DNA from: a bacterium
Lineage (GTDB): Bacteria; Hinthialibacterota; Hinthialibacteria; Hinthialibacterales; Hinthialibacteraceae
Assembly (NCBI GenBank): GCA_963662285.2
Contig: CAXXMV010000008.1
Location: 1,088,001 to 1,152,000 of the forward strand
Direction: 5' to 3'
DNA length: 64,000 nt
In this document: in pieces, positions 28,532-39,653 of the stretch
Layout of the letters: every line of letters begins with the position of its first letter
Position numbering within the stretch: the stretch's first letter is position 1
Notes under the pieces: generated by a model
The model's database searches: none
What the model saw: only the letters and a program-made list of their open reading frames with translations
Told to the model about the DNA's origin: nothing
Program-made: the position numbers and the translations under genes

Positions 28532-31114
28532 ATGTTTAAATTATCAAAAAAAAGAATATTTATTATTTTGGTTCTTGCTTTAATTCTATTCACCGGCGCC
28601 ATAGGCCTTACGCTGCTCAACCTTGGTAAAATCGTCAATAGCCAGAAAGATGTGATTATCGCCCAGGCCGAAGAAGCACTGGGACGCAAGATATCCGTGG
28701 ATCGCATCGACGCCACTATCTGGACCGGTATTGGCGTGCAACTAGACAAAACCGCTATCGCCGATGATCCGGCATTTTCCAAAGATGATTTTCTCAGCGC
28801 AGACCGCATCGACGTATATTTCAAACTAATGCCCCTGTTCCGCAAACAATTGGAAATCTCGTATCTGACCATTCATCAACCAGTCATTCACGTCATCCAG
28901 AACAAAAAGAAAGAATTTAACTTCACCAGCCTCCAAAAGCAGACCAAACCAAAACAAGAAGGCGACGCGGCGCCAGTAGAAGCAGGCGCATCATCATCCA
29001 CCGCCCTGCTTCTTTCACGTCTGGAACTTGATGGCGGCAAGATTCTATATACCAATCAAGCGGATAAACAGAATTTAGAGATTAATCAGATCGATGCGAC
29101 CATCCGCAACTTCTCATTGAACAGCCCATTTGATATATCCATGAAATCATCCTTCCAAAGCGACCGGCAGAACATCGCTTTCCAGGGAAACATCGGCTCT
29201 CTTGCCGGAGAACTTAATAAATGCCCTATCAAGGGAAAAATTGACCTGGAATCGTTTTCAACCGATATCTTGAAAAGTTTGCCATCAGTCAAAGCCATGG
29301 CCGGAGATAGTTTGAAATATGATGGAGTAATCAATGGTGAAGTTGAAGTAGATGGAACCTTGGAGAAATTCAAGTTAAAAACTCAAATTGATGCAACTCA
29401 AACCTCTCTGGCAATGGATTCTCAATTCAAAAAAGAGAAAGATATTCCACTTCTAATAGCCATTGATGCTGATGTATCAAAGGACGCAGTTAATTTGCAA
29501 AAAGCATCCGTAACATTAAAATCAGTTGAGATAGAAGGTAAGGGAATAATCAATCTTGGTAAAACCTTGACCTACAATCTTTCTATTGATTCTAAACCTA
29601 TTGAAATATCTGAACTTGTCTCGATGGTTCCCGCTTTGCAGCCCTACTCTCCCCAGGGTAAAACAACCATCAAAGCCCAAGTTGAGCAAAAAGGCAAAAC
29701 GCCCGCCATCAAAGGAACTATCCAATTAGACAAAATCCAGGCCAAATCCGAACTTATCCCTAAACCAATAACCAACTTGAATGGAAATATCCAGTTCACC
29801 GCTAATAACGCCAAGGCTGAAGGTTTAACGGTAGAAATCGGACAATCAAAATTCAAAGCGGATGCCACTGTTACAACTCTTTCACCACTTGAAGCGACAT
29901 ATTCCATCCAATCCGATAAAATCCATGTCGATGATCTAATGGCGCCGCCTGAAGCGATGAAGAATGATGCTCTACAGAAAGTTAATCTCACTGGCTCAAT
30001 TACTCAAGACAAGAAAAATGATTACATCGCTAAAGGGAAAGTCTCTTCTAAAGACGGGCTGTTATACAATCTAGCTTACAGCAACCTAGCAGGTGATTTA
30101 GTTTTCAAAGACCAGATTCTTACATCTGAAAATATTGTATTAAACACTTTGAGTGGAGAAATCAAAGCTTCACTCCAGTATGATATGCGCAAATCGCCCT
30201 ATCAATTCAACCTTTCCACTCAGTCACGAGATGTAAATCTGACAGAACTTATTCAGTCGCAATTTTCATTCTTCCCTAAAATTGTTCAGGGAAAAATCAA
30301 TATGGATTTAAAGTTGCAGGGAGAAGGAACAACTTGGGATACAATCAAACCGGTATTACAAGGACTGGCCAATGTAGACATCAGTGAAGGAGTTTTACTT
30401 GACACTAATATCGTAAATTCAGTGTTAACCAACATGACGGGCATCCCCGGTCTTACTCAATTCATATCGCCCGGCTTACGCAGCGAATATCCACTAGTAT
30501 TTGAATCAAAAAATACTATATTCGACAAATTCAGCCTGCAAACTATCATAAAAGACGGGAAAATGAATTTCTCAAACTTAGTGATTTCAGCGGTTGACTG
30601 GGCGGCGTCAAGCAACGGTTGGATAGATTTTGATCAAAACGTAAAAAGCGAGAATTTGTTGAAATTATCAGACAGTTTTTCCTCTTCCCTGATTCAAAAA
30701 GTAAGCCAGTTCAAATATCTGTCCGACGAGAAGGGCGCCATAGTCATCCCATTCGCCATGACAGGCGCCTTACCCAAAGCAACAGTTAAACCCGATTCAA
30801 AACTGATCGAGACTCTGCTGAAAAAAGCGGTCATGGGAAAAGTAATGGACCAAGTAGGCGGCAAAGGTTTACCCGACTTGTCTAAAATATTCTCATCACC
30901 TTTTGGGAATCTTAATGACCTGGGCAAAAAAACCACCTCAGACCAAACCAAACCAGCCACAAAAACCATTCAGGACGCCACCCAAATCCTGAAAACAAAA
31001 CAGGACGCCACAAAAGCTGAACAAGCCAGCCAGGAATCAGCCAAAGAAATCATGGGATCATTCTTGAAAATGATTGATAAAAAGAAAACCGATGCAGCAA
31101 CACCTGATAAATAA
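28532..31114 (+). CDS. AsmA family protein
   Basis: N-terminal TM anchor, ALGRKISV, PLFRKQLEI, beta-rich body, C-terminal IPFAMTG. Confidence 0.8.
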   Translation: MFKLSKKRIFIILVLALILFTGAIGLTLLNLGKIVNSQKDVIIAQAEEALGRKISVDRIDATIWTGIGVQLDKTAIADDPAFSKDDFLSADRIDVYFKLMPLFRKQLEISYLTIHQPVIHVIQNKKKEFNFTSLQKQTKPKQEGDAAPVEAGASSSTALLLSRLELDGGKILYTNQADKQNLEINQIDATIRNFSLNSPFDISMKSSFQSDRQNIAFQGNIGSLAGELNKCPIKGKIDLESFSTDILKSLPSVKAMAGDSLKYDGVINGEVEVDGTLEKFKLKTQIDATQTSLAMDSQFKKEKDIPLLIAIDADVSKDAVNLQKASVTLKSVEIEGKGIINLGKTLTYNLSIDSKPIEISELVSMVPALQPYSPQGKTTIKAQVEQKGKTPAIKGTIQLDKIQAKSELIPKPITNLNGNIQFTANNAKAEGLTVEIGQSKFKADATVTTLSPLEATYSIQSDKIHVDDLMAPPEAMKNDALQKVNLTGSITQDKKNDYIAKGKVSSKDGLLYNLAYSNLAGDLVFKDQILTSENIVLNTLSGEIKASLQYDMRKSPYQFNLSTQSRDVNLTELIQSQFSFFPKIVQGKINMDLKLQGEGTTWDTIKPVLQGLANVDISEGVLLDTNIVNSVLTNMTGIPGLTQFISPGLRSEYPLVFESKNTIFDKFSLQTIIKDGKMNFSNLVISAVDWAASSNGWIDFDQNVKSENLLKLSDSFSSSLIQKVSQFKYLSDEKGAIVIPFAMTGALPKATVKPDSKLIETLLKKAVMGKVMDQVGGKGLPDLSKIFSSPFGNLNDLGKKTTSDQTKPATKTIQDATQILKTKQDATKAEQASQESAKEIMGSFLKMIDKKKTDAATPDK

Positions 31115-31229
31115 TCGCTGTTTTCCTGAAAACGGCGGGCGCCAAGGGCAAGACCGCATGGCGTCCAGCCATTGATGAGACCTTTGTAAATAATAATTAA
31201 AAACAAATGCTATGGGTTCCTGAAACAAA

Positions 31230-31262
31230 AGAACCGTCGAGTTTCTTAAACTCGACGGTTCT
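31230..31262 (-). terminator. Rho-independent terminator, possibly bidirectional
   Basis: Perfect 15-bp stem AGAACCGTCGAGTTT / AAACTCGACGGTTCT with a T-rich run on the minus strand. Confidence 0.8.
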
Positions 31263-31291
31263 GTTATTTCAAAACAATAACTTACTTATAA

Positions 31292-32605
31292 TCAGGCGAC
31301 CGCCTCTAGCACGCTGTCATTTCTAGGAGTCAGGTCATTGGTATAGATGGCGGATGGTTCAATTCTTGGCATAGGAATTGGTTCCATTTCCCGCTTTTGC
31401 GTTTGAGGTTTGGCGTCTAATATCTCTCTACGCTCTTCTTTCAAGACATTCAACTGTTCATCCAGAAGATCAAGTTCCTGGGTTTCGACGTCTTGCTGAT
31501 CTTCAATAGGATCAACGCCGAACATGCTGCCCAGCAAATCGTTGGTCATACTGAAAAATGTATTCAGGTCGTTCTCAACATCCTCGCCCAACCGTTCGAT
31601 AAAGCCCGGTTCAAATCCCATGTCTTCCAATGTCCCGCCAAACTGTTCTTGCATATCAGAGAAGAAGTTAGTTAATTTGGTAGCGACATGTTCCTGCGTC
31701 GCGCCAACCAGGCCTTGAGTGGCTTCAACGAAGGCGCCCAGGTTGCTGGAATCGGTAGTCAAGATGTTTTGAACAGAGTCCAGGAAACCAGATAATGTAC
31801 CTGAATCATCGAATTGCGACAAATCTTCGGCAACCTGATTGAAATTAGACAGGTCATCGCCTTTAATTGAGATATTCAGGTTGTATTCGTGAGCCACTTC
31901 TCCAGCAACTGACATATACTGGCCGCCAATGTCGCCGCCATAGGCCTGTTCAGCTGATGCCGCGACGGATTTGGCTTCTTCAAAGAAGATATTGGCTTCG
32001 AATCCCCTGGTTTGCAGAGATTGCTCGTAGGAGGTATAGCGTTGATAGGCTGCGCTGGCGCCTTGATAGGCCAGAGAGGCAGGTTCTGTCTCAGAATCGG
32101 GATTTTCGGGATCATCGCTGATTGCCATTTGCGCCTGTTCCATCATGGCTGACCTGGATTCTGCGAAACGAACCGCCAGATCCAACTCGTAACTGCCATC
32201 CTGGTTGACCCGCATGTCTATGGATGCTTCAAAACGGCCATCTTCGCTGACGATAATCTGCTGAGTAACGCCGTTTTGCAGAGCCTCGCTTATTGCTTTA
32301 TCTATTGCATTCTGTTCTTCACTGGTTGCTTCGAGACGATCAGTCTTTTCTTCTTTTTCCGCTTCAGCCTCTTGAGCTTCTCTTAATGAAGGAGTTTTAA
32401 GCCCGATGCCTCCTATATTATTCGAAGATACCTGAGGTAGGCTGACTTGCAATCCAAGCCTTTGCGCCAGAGATTGCCCTGAGCCGCCTAAAATACCGTT
32501 GGATTGTTGCTGAGAATTGTTTCCAATGGCTTGCCCGTTAAGAAATCCGCTTAAACCGGCAATCACTGGAGTTTGGCCACTAAGAATTCCGAGGTTTCCG
32601 ACCAT
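31292..32605 (-). CDS. Acidic hypothetical protein, probably in the sigma28 (flagellar late) regulon
   Basis: 437-aa ORF with Gly/Gln/Ser-rich N-terminus and acidic helical C-terminus. FliA-type promoter upstream. Confidence 0.6.
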   Translation of the reverse strand: MVGNLGILSGQTPVIAGLSGFLNGQAIGNNSQQQSNGILGGSGQSLAQRLGLQVSLPQVSSNNIGGIGLKTPSLREAQEAEAEKEEKTDRLEATSEEQNAIDKAISEALQNGVTQQIIVSEDGRFEASIDMRVNQDGSYELDLAVRFAESRSAMMEQAQMAISDDPENPDSETEPASLAYQGASAAYQRYTSYEQSLQTRGFEANIFFEEAKSVAASAEQAYGGDIGGQYMSVAGEVAHEYNLNISIKGDDLSNFNQVAEDLSQFDDSGTLSGFLDSVQNILTTDSSNLGAFVEATQGLVGATQEHVATKLTNFFSDMQEQFGGTLEDMGFEPGFIERLGEDVENDLNTFFSMTNDLLGSMFGVDPIEDQQDVETQELDLLDEQLNVLKEERREILDAKPQTQKREMEPIPMPRIEPSAIYTNDLTPRNDSVLEAVA

Positions 32606-32668
32606 TTGTCCTATCGCCTTTCATCGTAATCAACCAAATAAAAGAAAAAATAAAATTAATCTTAATAT

Positions 32669-32695
32669 TTATCGGCTTTTAAAGTGATTTCTTGA
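32669..32695 (-). promoter_or_regulatory. Sigma28 (FliA/SigD) promoter
   Basis: Minus strand reads TCAAG-N14-GCCGATAA, a near-consensus FliA -35/-10, about 65 bp upstream of ATG 32605. Confidence 0.7.
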
Positions 32696-33079
32696 GATAA
32701 TGAACAATATAATGTTGTTACATATTCATAAACCACAATAATAAAACTTATATAAACATATATTTATCAAACTAAAACATTATTTTTATATTTATAAAAT
32801 AAATTTCCAATAATCCCATAAATCTCTAAAATTCCATCGAAAGTTTTAATAAATAATGTAGATCATCAACTTATAACAACTCTGAAATGCCAATCTACCG
32901 TATTCAAATATTATCAGGTGATTTATAGTATTATTGCGGTTAACAAAGTCCTCTCTCCCCAGGGATAATACCGTGTTGTCTCCTCTACCAGTGGGAGAGG
33001 GTTAGGGTGAGGGCTAAATTAACAAAACTACCCGATAAACGCACTACTAATCTAAATTCTTATCAGTGGAGTAGAGACT

Positions 33080-35761
33080 ATGACTACAACATGCCTGGAT
33101 TCCTTCAAAACAAAGCAAACGTTGGACGTTAACGGTTTGAAATACGCTTATTACAGCCTTCCCGAAGCGGAAAAGAATGGGCTAAAGGGTATTAAAAAAC
33201 TGCCTTTCTGCCTCAAAGTTCTGTTGGAAAACCTTCTCCGTTACGAAGACGGCGGCATCGTAACTCAAAATGATATTAAAGCCATTGCAAAATGGCTTAA
33301 AGAAAAGAAATCTTCCCATGAAATCGCCTACCGTCCCGCCCGCGTATTGATGCAGGATTTCACTGGCGTCCCGGCTGTAGTTGATCTTGCCGTTATGCGT
33401 GACGCAGTTACTGATCTAGGCGGCGATCCCAAAGTCATTAATCCATTAACTCCAGTTGATCTGGTGATTGACCATTCCGTAATGGTGGATGAATTCGGCG
33501 CGGCTGATTCGTATAAACATAATGTTCAAATGGAATTCAAGCGCAACCTGGAACGTTACTCATTTCTACGTTGGGGTCAGAAGGCGTTTGATAATTTCCG
33601 CGTCATCCCGCCGGGGACTGGAATTATCCATCAAATCAACCTCGAATACCTGGCCAAAGTGGTATGGAGCAACGAACATAACGGCGAACTTACGGCCTAT
33701 CCTGATACCCTGGTCGGCACGGACAGCCACACCACCATGATCAACGGTCTGGCGGTGCTTGGTTGGGGCGTCGGGGGAATTGAAGCCGAGGCCGCTATGT
33801 TAGGCCAGCCCATATCCATGCTGATTCCTGAGGTGATAGGTTTCAAACTAAGTGGAAAGATGTCCGAAGGGGTAACCGCCACAGACCTGGTGCTAACCGT
33901 AGTCCAAATGCTGCGCCAAAAAGGCGTGGTTGGTAAATTCGTCGAATACTATGGTCCAGGGCTGGATAATCTGTCTCTGGCGGATCGGGCGGTTCTGGCT
34001 AATATGGGGCCAGAATACGGCGCCACCTGCGGAATATTCCCTATCGATCAGGAAACCATTAACTTCCTCGAATTTTCAGGCCGTGAAGACAGCCAGATCG
34101 CTCTGGTTGAAGCATACGCCAAAGCCCAGGGCATGTGGCGTGAACCGGGCGATCCCGATCCATCCTTCTCTGACACGCTTGAGCTGGATATTTCCACCGT
34201 AGAACCTTCGCTGGCCGGTCCCAAACGCCCGCAGGACCGGGTGGTTTTATCGGGTATGCCTGATAACTTCAAAAAAGCCGTTCAAGATACCGGAGGCGAC
34301 CCGGATACAATCAATAGCATATCGGCAGGCGACTTTGATATGGAAGACGGTAATGTAGTAATCGCTTCCATTACCAGCTGCACCAATACCTCAAATCCAT
34401 CAGTCATGATCGGAGCGGGTCTGGTTGCGCGTAATGCCGTAAAAAAAGGCTTAAAATCAAAACCCTGGGTCAAAACATCACTGGCGCCCGGCTCAAAAGT
34501 GGTAACCGAATATCTCAAAGCAGCTGGCTTGCAAGATGACCTGGACGCGCTTGGTTTCAACCTGGTGGGTTATGGTTGCATGACATGCATCGGCAATTCC
34601 GGCCCCTTACCTGAGGCCGTAGCGCAAGCGGTTGACGATGGAAACCTGACGGTCTGCGCGGTTCTTTCGGGCAACCGTAATTTCGAAGGCCGCGTAAATC
34701 CCAGGACTAAAGCGAATTATCTCGCATCTCCAGCATTAGTAGTAGCTTACGCCTTGGCGGGCACGGTGCGCCTCGATCTAAACCGGGAACCTCTCGGTAA
34801 TGATAAGGATGGCAATCCCGTCTTCTTAAAGGATATCTGGCCGACCAATGATGAAATTCAGGATGTAATGCTGAAATCCGTAAAGAAAGAGATGTTTATT
34901 TCTGAATATGCAACCGCAACTGAGGGCGGAGAGGAATGGCAGAGCATCAAAACCTCCACTGGACTTACTTATAAGTGGGATGACGCCAGCACTTACGTCA
35001 AAAAACCGCCCTATTTCGATGGTATGTCCCAAACTCCTGATGCAATCATCGATATCCGCAACGCCCGTCCCTTGGCCATTCTGGGCGATTCGGTGACAAC
35101 CGACCACATCTCACCCGCTGGCGTTATCAAAACCGATGGACCAGCAGGGCTTTACTTACAAGAACGCGGTATAAAACCAGAGGATTTCAATTCATTCGGC
35201 TCACGGCGCGGCAACCATGAAATCATGATGCGCGGCACATTCGCCAATATCCGCCTACGCAACGAAATGGCGCCAGGAACCACTGGAGGCATAACCAAGT
35301 ACATGCCCGATGGCGAACAAATGCCCATCTATGACGCAGCCATGAAATATATCGAAGAGGGAACGCCGCTGGTCGTCATTTCCGGCAAAGAATACGGTAC
35401 CGGATCATCACGCGACTGGGCGGCCAAAGGAACCCGACTACTGGGCGTACGGGCGGTTATCGCTGAAAGTTTCGAGCGCATTCACCGCTCTAACCTGATC
35501 GGTATGGGCGTTTTCCCATTACAATTCAAAGAAGGCGAATCACGCAAAACGCTTCGGCTGGATGGTGGAGAAATCTTTGATATCATTGATCTTGAGAAAG
35601 AACTAAAACCGGGCATGGACGTACCATGCCACATCACCAAAGCCAATGGGATAGTCAAAGAGATCATGCTAAGCAGCCGCATAGATACCGAAGAAGAGAT
35701 CGAGTACTACAAAAACGGAGGCATCCTGCAATACGTGCTGCGCAACCTGATTAATAAATGA
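33080..35761 (+). CDS. acnA: Aconitate hydratase A
   Basis: [70 protein letters not shown]. Confidence 0.97.
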   Translation: MTTTCLDSFKTKQTLDVNGLKYAYYSLPEAEKNGLKGIKKLPFCLKVLLENLLRYEDGGIVTQNDIKAIAKWLKEKKSSHEIAYRPARVLMQDFTGVPAVVDLAVMRDAVTDLGGDPKVINPLTPVDLVIDHSVMVDEFGAADSYKHNVQMEFKRNLERYSFLRWGQKAFDNFRVIPPGTGIIHQINLEYLAKVVWSNEHNGELTAYPDTLVGTDSHTTMINGLAVLGWGVGGIEAEAAMLGQPISMLIPEVIGFKLSGKMSEGVTATDLVLTVVQMLRQKGVVGKFVEYYGPGLDNLSLADRAVLANMGPEYGATCGIFPIDQETINFLEFSGREDSQIALVEAYAKAQGMWREPGDPDPSFSDTLELDISTVEPSLAGPKRPQDRVVLSGMPDNFKKAVQDTGGDPDTINSISAGDFDMEDGNVVIASITSCTNTSNPSVMIGAGLVARNAVKKGLKSKPWVKTSLAPGSKVVTEYLKAAGLQDDLDALGFNLVGYGCMTCIGNSGPLPEAVAQAVDDGNLTVCAVLSGNRNFEGRVNPRTKANYLASPALVVAYALAGTVRLDLNREPLGNDKDGNPVFLKDIWPTNDEIQDVMLKSVKKEMFISEYATATEGGEEWQSIKTSTGLTYKWDDASTYVKKPPYFDGMSQTPDAIIDIRNARPLAILGDSVTTDHISPAGVIKTDGPAGLYLQERGIKPEDFNSFGSRRGNHEIMMRGTFANIRLRNEMAPGTTGGITKYMPDGEQMPIYDAAMKYIEEGTPLVVISGKEYGTGSSRDWAAKGTRLLGVRAVIAESFERIHRSNLIGMGVFPLQFKEGESRKTLRLDGGEIFDIIDLEKELKPGMDVPCHITKANGIVKEIMLSSRIDTEEEIEYYKNGGILQYVLRNLINK

Positions 35762-35839
35762 TCTGAGGCTATGGAAAACAAATCCCCTCTCCCCACGAGC
35801 TAATCTCCGGACACAAATCAAGAGAGGAGATTAAAACGG

Positions 35840-35890
35840 GGAGCATCGGCTTCTAGCCGGTGTGTCAAGGGCAGTGTATTCTGCCCTTGA
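35840..35890. repeat. Composite REP-like hairpins downstream of acnA
   Basis: GGAGCATCGGCTTCTAGCCGGTG followed by TCAAGGGCAGTGTATTCTGCCCTTGA, nearly identical to the reverse complement of 11924-11957. Confidence 0.55.
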
Positions 35891-36012
35891 TTCAATTCAC
35901 CCTTGAATACAACATCAGATTCTTCAATCTCAGGGTTATTTATGTTAATGTTATTAGCGATAAGAATGACTAATAAATCTAATATTTTTTATATCACAAA
36001 GAGGTTAATACA

Positions 36013-37290
36013 ATGAAAAGCAATCGACGCACTTTTCTGGGAGCCGCAACAGCTGGAACGTTGGCCATAGCTGGCAATGTATATGGATCAGCCAAGAACA
36101 AGACGCTAAAAATGGGCGTGATCGGCGTTGGTTGGTATGGCATGGTAGACGCCAAAGCCGCTTTGAAAGCAGGGGGCGTTGAAATCATCGCTATCTGCGA
36201 TGTTGACAGCGAACATTTAAGCAAAAACGCTGAAGAACTGGAAAAACTACAAGGTAAACGCCCCAAAACCTTTAAGTTATATCAAGACCTGCTCGAACTT
36301 AAAGAACTGGATGCGGTAATTATCGCTTCCCCGCCCCATTGGCATCCTCTCCAGTTTATCGCCGCCTTGAAGAAAGGTTTGGATGTATATTGCGAAAAGC
36401 CGCTATCCTACGACATCCGCGAAGGACGCGCCATGGTCGAAGCGGCCAAGAAATACGGCCAAATCGTTCAAGTAGGATTCCAACGGCGCCAGAACCAGGC
36501 TTTCCATGAAGCCAAACAATTCATTGATGATGGCAAAGCAGGGGAAATTGTCCAAGTCGACGCTCAGATTCATTACCAAGCCGGGGTCAAAGACTCAACT
36601 CCTCAGGCGCCGCCCGCTTCTCTGGATTGGGACCTATGGTGCGGTCCGGGACCGAAAATCCCTTATAGCGAGCAAGTAGGGCATTTCAACTGGCGTCTGG
36701 AAAAAACCAGCGGACACGGTCACCTGGTCGATTGGGGCATCCACCTTATTGATGGAACCCGGATGATACTTGGTCTTGGCGCCCCCAATAAGATTATTGC
36801 ATCAGGCGGTTTATACTATATGAAAGATAAAATCACCACGCCGGATACATTAACGGTGCAATACGAATTCGACCGCTGCCCGGTGGTCTGGCGGCATAGA
36901 TTGTGGGGCGCCGAAGAATACGCGCCTGAAGTTAATAACGGCATCTTCTTCTATGGTGACAAAGCCACAGTATACGTCCACGATAGTCGCTGGCTGGTTA
37001 TCCCTAAAGGCAAAAACAAGGAACGTCAGGAATTCAAAAGCCAAACCGACGCAGGACTCAACCACATGGCCGATTTCCTAAAATGCGTACGCGAACGAGA
37101 ACAACCCAGTTGCTCTATTGAAGAAGGCTATAGGTCAACCTCAACCGTACAATTGGGCATGATCGCTTATGAAAGCGAATCAGTAGTTAAATGGGATGCT
37201 GCAACGGAAACTATTCAGGATAATCCAGCGGCCTCGAACCTGCTTAAGCGCGATTACCGGACGCCCTGGAAGCATCCCTACCAAGCATAA
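36013..37290 (+). CDS. Tat-exported Gfo/Idh/MocA family oxidoreductase
   Basis: Tat motif NRRTFL, GVIGVGWYG, YCEKP, QVGFQRR, LDWDLWCGP, DWGIH. Confidence 0.9.
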   Translation: MKSNRRTFLGAATAGTLAIAGNVYGSAKNKTLKMGVIGVGWYGMVDAKAALKAGGVEIIAICDVDSEHLSKNAEELEKLQGKRPKTFKLYQDLLELKELDAVIIASPPHWHPLQFIAALKKGLDVYCEKPLSYDIREGRAMVEAAKKYGQIVQVGFQRRQNQAFHEAKQFIDDGKAGEIVQVDAQIHYQAGVKDSTPQAPPASLDWDLWCGPGPKIPYSEQVGHFNWRLEKTSGHGHLVDWGIHLIDGTRMILGLGAPNKIIASGGLYYMKDKITTPDTLTVQYEFDRCPVVWRHRLWGAEEYAPEVNNGIFFYGDKATVYVHDSRWLVIPKGKNKERQEFKSQTDAGLNHMADFLKCVREREQPSCSIEEGYRSTSTVQLGMIAYESESVVKWDAATETIQDNPAASNLLKRDYRTPWKHPYQA

Positions 37291-37513
37291 GTACTTGATT
37301 ATTAACGTATTGTATAAGGAAGAAGAAACCGATCCACAAGTTTCTTCTCCCTCAGTGTTTTTGATAATAAAATGATTACAATTTTAACGCTTCAACTACT
37401 TGAATGCAAAAAATTGAATGCCTTAATATAAGTACTAATTCATCTAACACGAATATAGAACTATCTATGTAAAGTTATAAATATACATATTTGTTTTCTC
37501 TCTGAGGAATTAA

Positions 37514-39094
37514 ATGGCTCTTACAATTATATGCATTGCTGCCGCCATAATAGTATCTGTCGGCATCTATACATTATCATCTGTTAAGGAAGATCGTAAG
37601 AAGCTGATACTTCACGATTTAGGCCTTGTTCATAGTTTGACCTCCGGATTAAAATCCCCATTTTATAAATGGGGATGGAGAAAAGTTTCTGATGACCGCG
37701 TATGGGGAGAACGCATTGTTCGAGAAGCCTTTGAAAAGCGTAATATTGGATTAACGCAACAGGACCTAGAATATTTCAGTAAAGTTTGCGCACAATTCGC
37801 TGGGGGGAAATCAGTCGATAAAACAGCGGTAATCGGATATATTGAAAAAATTCTGGGAAGAAGTTCTTCCGTTTCTAATTTCGCAACAAAATTTATCCAA
37901 CCAATATTAGAGAATTCATTACGAGCTTCTCCCAATCAAGCAAAGAAATTTCTAGATCGAGTACACATAGATTCATCGGTAGAAAACGCCCCGGATCGCC
38001 TTGCAGTATATCAATTAAAAAAAATGCTGAATCAGCATGGCATGGGCATTATCTGTTCGAATGCGGGTGGATTGCATATCAAAGGCGAATCTAACGAAAT
38101 CTTGATGACGCTGACTGGATTCGATAGTTGGGTGTTCTGGTTGAAATCGTGCAAGGCAAGCATTGAACAATGTTTATCACAACGTGCTCTGTCGACTCCC
38201 AGCCAGGCGAAATTCATTAAAAAGCAAATTTTAGATTTTTATATAAATAACGAAATCAACCACATGAATGCTTCCAGGCAATTCATCAAAACGATGGATA
38301 GTCTAATAAATCAAGAATCATTATCCATCAATATTTCAGTAATTGAGAATCTGGAACGGGCATTCTATGGTTGGCATTTCAGCGAATCATTACAATTCTC
38401 CATTCAAAATCATGAATCAATGAGATCGCTTCTATCGATGCCGGAATTACCTTCGCGCATTCGCAAGGCGCTGCTTGAGTTCATAACTCCAACCTATGAA
38501 TCGCTCCACGCTTTAATGCATAGATTCCCCAGGCATGTTATCTTTTACGGGGCCAATTCCCACACCCGCTTATACGCAACTCAACAATATCTAGTTCATT
38601 TAAATAAAATCAATAAAATCATATCGGATATGCTAAAAAGGAAAAGTACTTTCCCGCTAATGCTGCGCATTTTCGATAGCGATGTTGAAAAAGCGCGGAA
38701 TCCTGAACCAGATGACTTCATGAAACACGTGATGCCTCCTAATCGCCGGAGAAACGTAGATGAAGATGAAGAGGTTGTCAAGAATATCGGTCATATGCCT
38801 TTGATGATTGACACTCAAAAAAGCATGGTATTGTTTGAAAAAGATATTGAACCTGATAAAGCCGAAAAAATTGGCTGGATTATTGAAATCCCGGTTGAAG
38901 ATTTTACTCCAAAAGAATACGCCCAGTTCGATCTGGGAGACTACTTAAAATATAAACGAATTAACTGCGATAAACATGGCGAAATCGATCAAGAGCAAGA
39001 AAGTAAATCTGCTCATATGCAACGTGAAAGATTTCTTAATAGCATTTTTGAAACTCTTCTTGGAGACTCCTCTATCTCACCCTTGTCATTTTAA
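37514..39094 (+). CDS. Hypothetical protein with N-terminal membrane anchor
   Basis: 526-aa ORF with GAGG RBS. No motif recognised. Confidence 0.55.
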   Translation: MALTIICIAAAIIVSVGIYTLSSVKEDRKKLILHDLGLVHSLTSGLKSPFYKWGWRKVSDDRVWGERIVREAFEKRNIGLTQQDLEYFSKVCAQFAGGKSVDKTAVIGYIEKILGRSSSVSNFATKFIQPILENSLRASPNQAKKFLDRVHIDSSVENAPDRLAVYQLKKMLNQHGMGIICSNAGGLHIKGESNEILMTLTGFDSWVFWLKSCKASIEQCLSQRALSTPSQAKFIKKQILDFYINNEINHMNASRQFIKTMDSLINQESLSINISVIENLERAFYGWHFSESLQFSIQNHESMRSLLSMPELPSRIRKALLEFITPTYESLHALMHRFPRHVIFYGANSHTRLYATQQYLVHLNKINKIISDMLKRKSTFPLMLRIFDSDVEKARNPEPDDFMKHVMPPNRRRNVDEDEEVVKNIGHMPLMIDTQKSMVLFEKDIEPDKAEKIGWIIEIPVEDFTPKEYAQFDLGDYLKYKRINCDKHGEIDQEQESKSAHMQRERFLNSIFETLLGDSSISPLSF

Positions 39095-39181
39095 AAATCT
39101 TCCAATTAATAGGCATAAAATTTTATATGCAAAAATAATAACACATAACCTTCGCTGAAAATCTATATGAGGTAAAGCAAT

Positions 39182-39559
39182 ATGAAGAAGTCGTATAGAG
39201 TTCTGGTAGTAGATGATTATGAAATTATCAGAAAAATCCACATAAAAAATTTAGAAAAAATTGGAATTGATAGTATTGATCAAAGCGCCAATGGAGAAGA
39301 AGCACTGGGTGCATTAGAACATAATTCCTATGATTTAATTCTGCTTGATTGGCACATGCCAGTTAAAAACGGCATTGATACCTTAAAAGAAATCCGCTCC
39401 AAAGAGATTAACACTCCTGTTGTAATGTGTACTGACGAAATTGAGCAGGAAAGCATTGATCTGGCCACTCGAGAAGGCGCAACAGATTTCATCAAAAAAC
39501 CCTATTCGCCGAGTGTATTCAAATCTATTATAAAAAATATCTTACGTATTGAGACATAA
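39182..39559 (+). CDS. Single-domain CheY-like response regulator
   Basis: VLVVDD, LLDWHMP, MCT, KKP. Confidence 0.9.
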   Translation: MKKSYRVLVVDDYEIIRKIHIKNLEKIGIDSIDQSANGEEALGALEHNSYDLILLDWHMPVKNGIDTLKEIRSKEINTPVVMCTDEIEQESIDLATREGATDFIKKPYSPSVFKSIIKNILRIET

Positions 39560-39653
39560 ATTGATATATTGAGTTTTTTTTATAATAACCTCCACGTTGG
39601 GTCTTCCATAAAGAACGAACATAATTTTGAAAATCGCTCTACCAGGTGAATTA

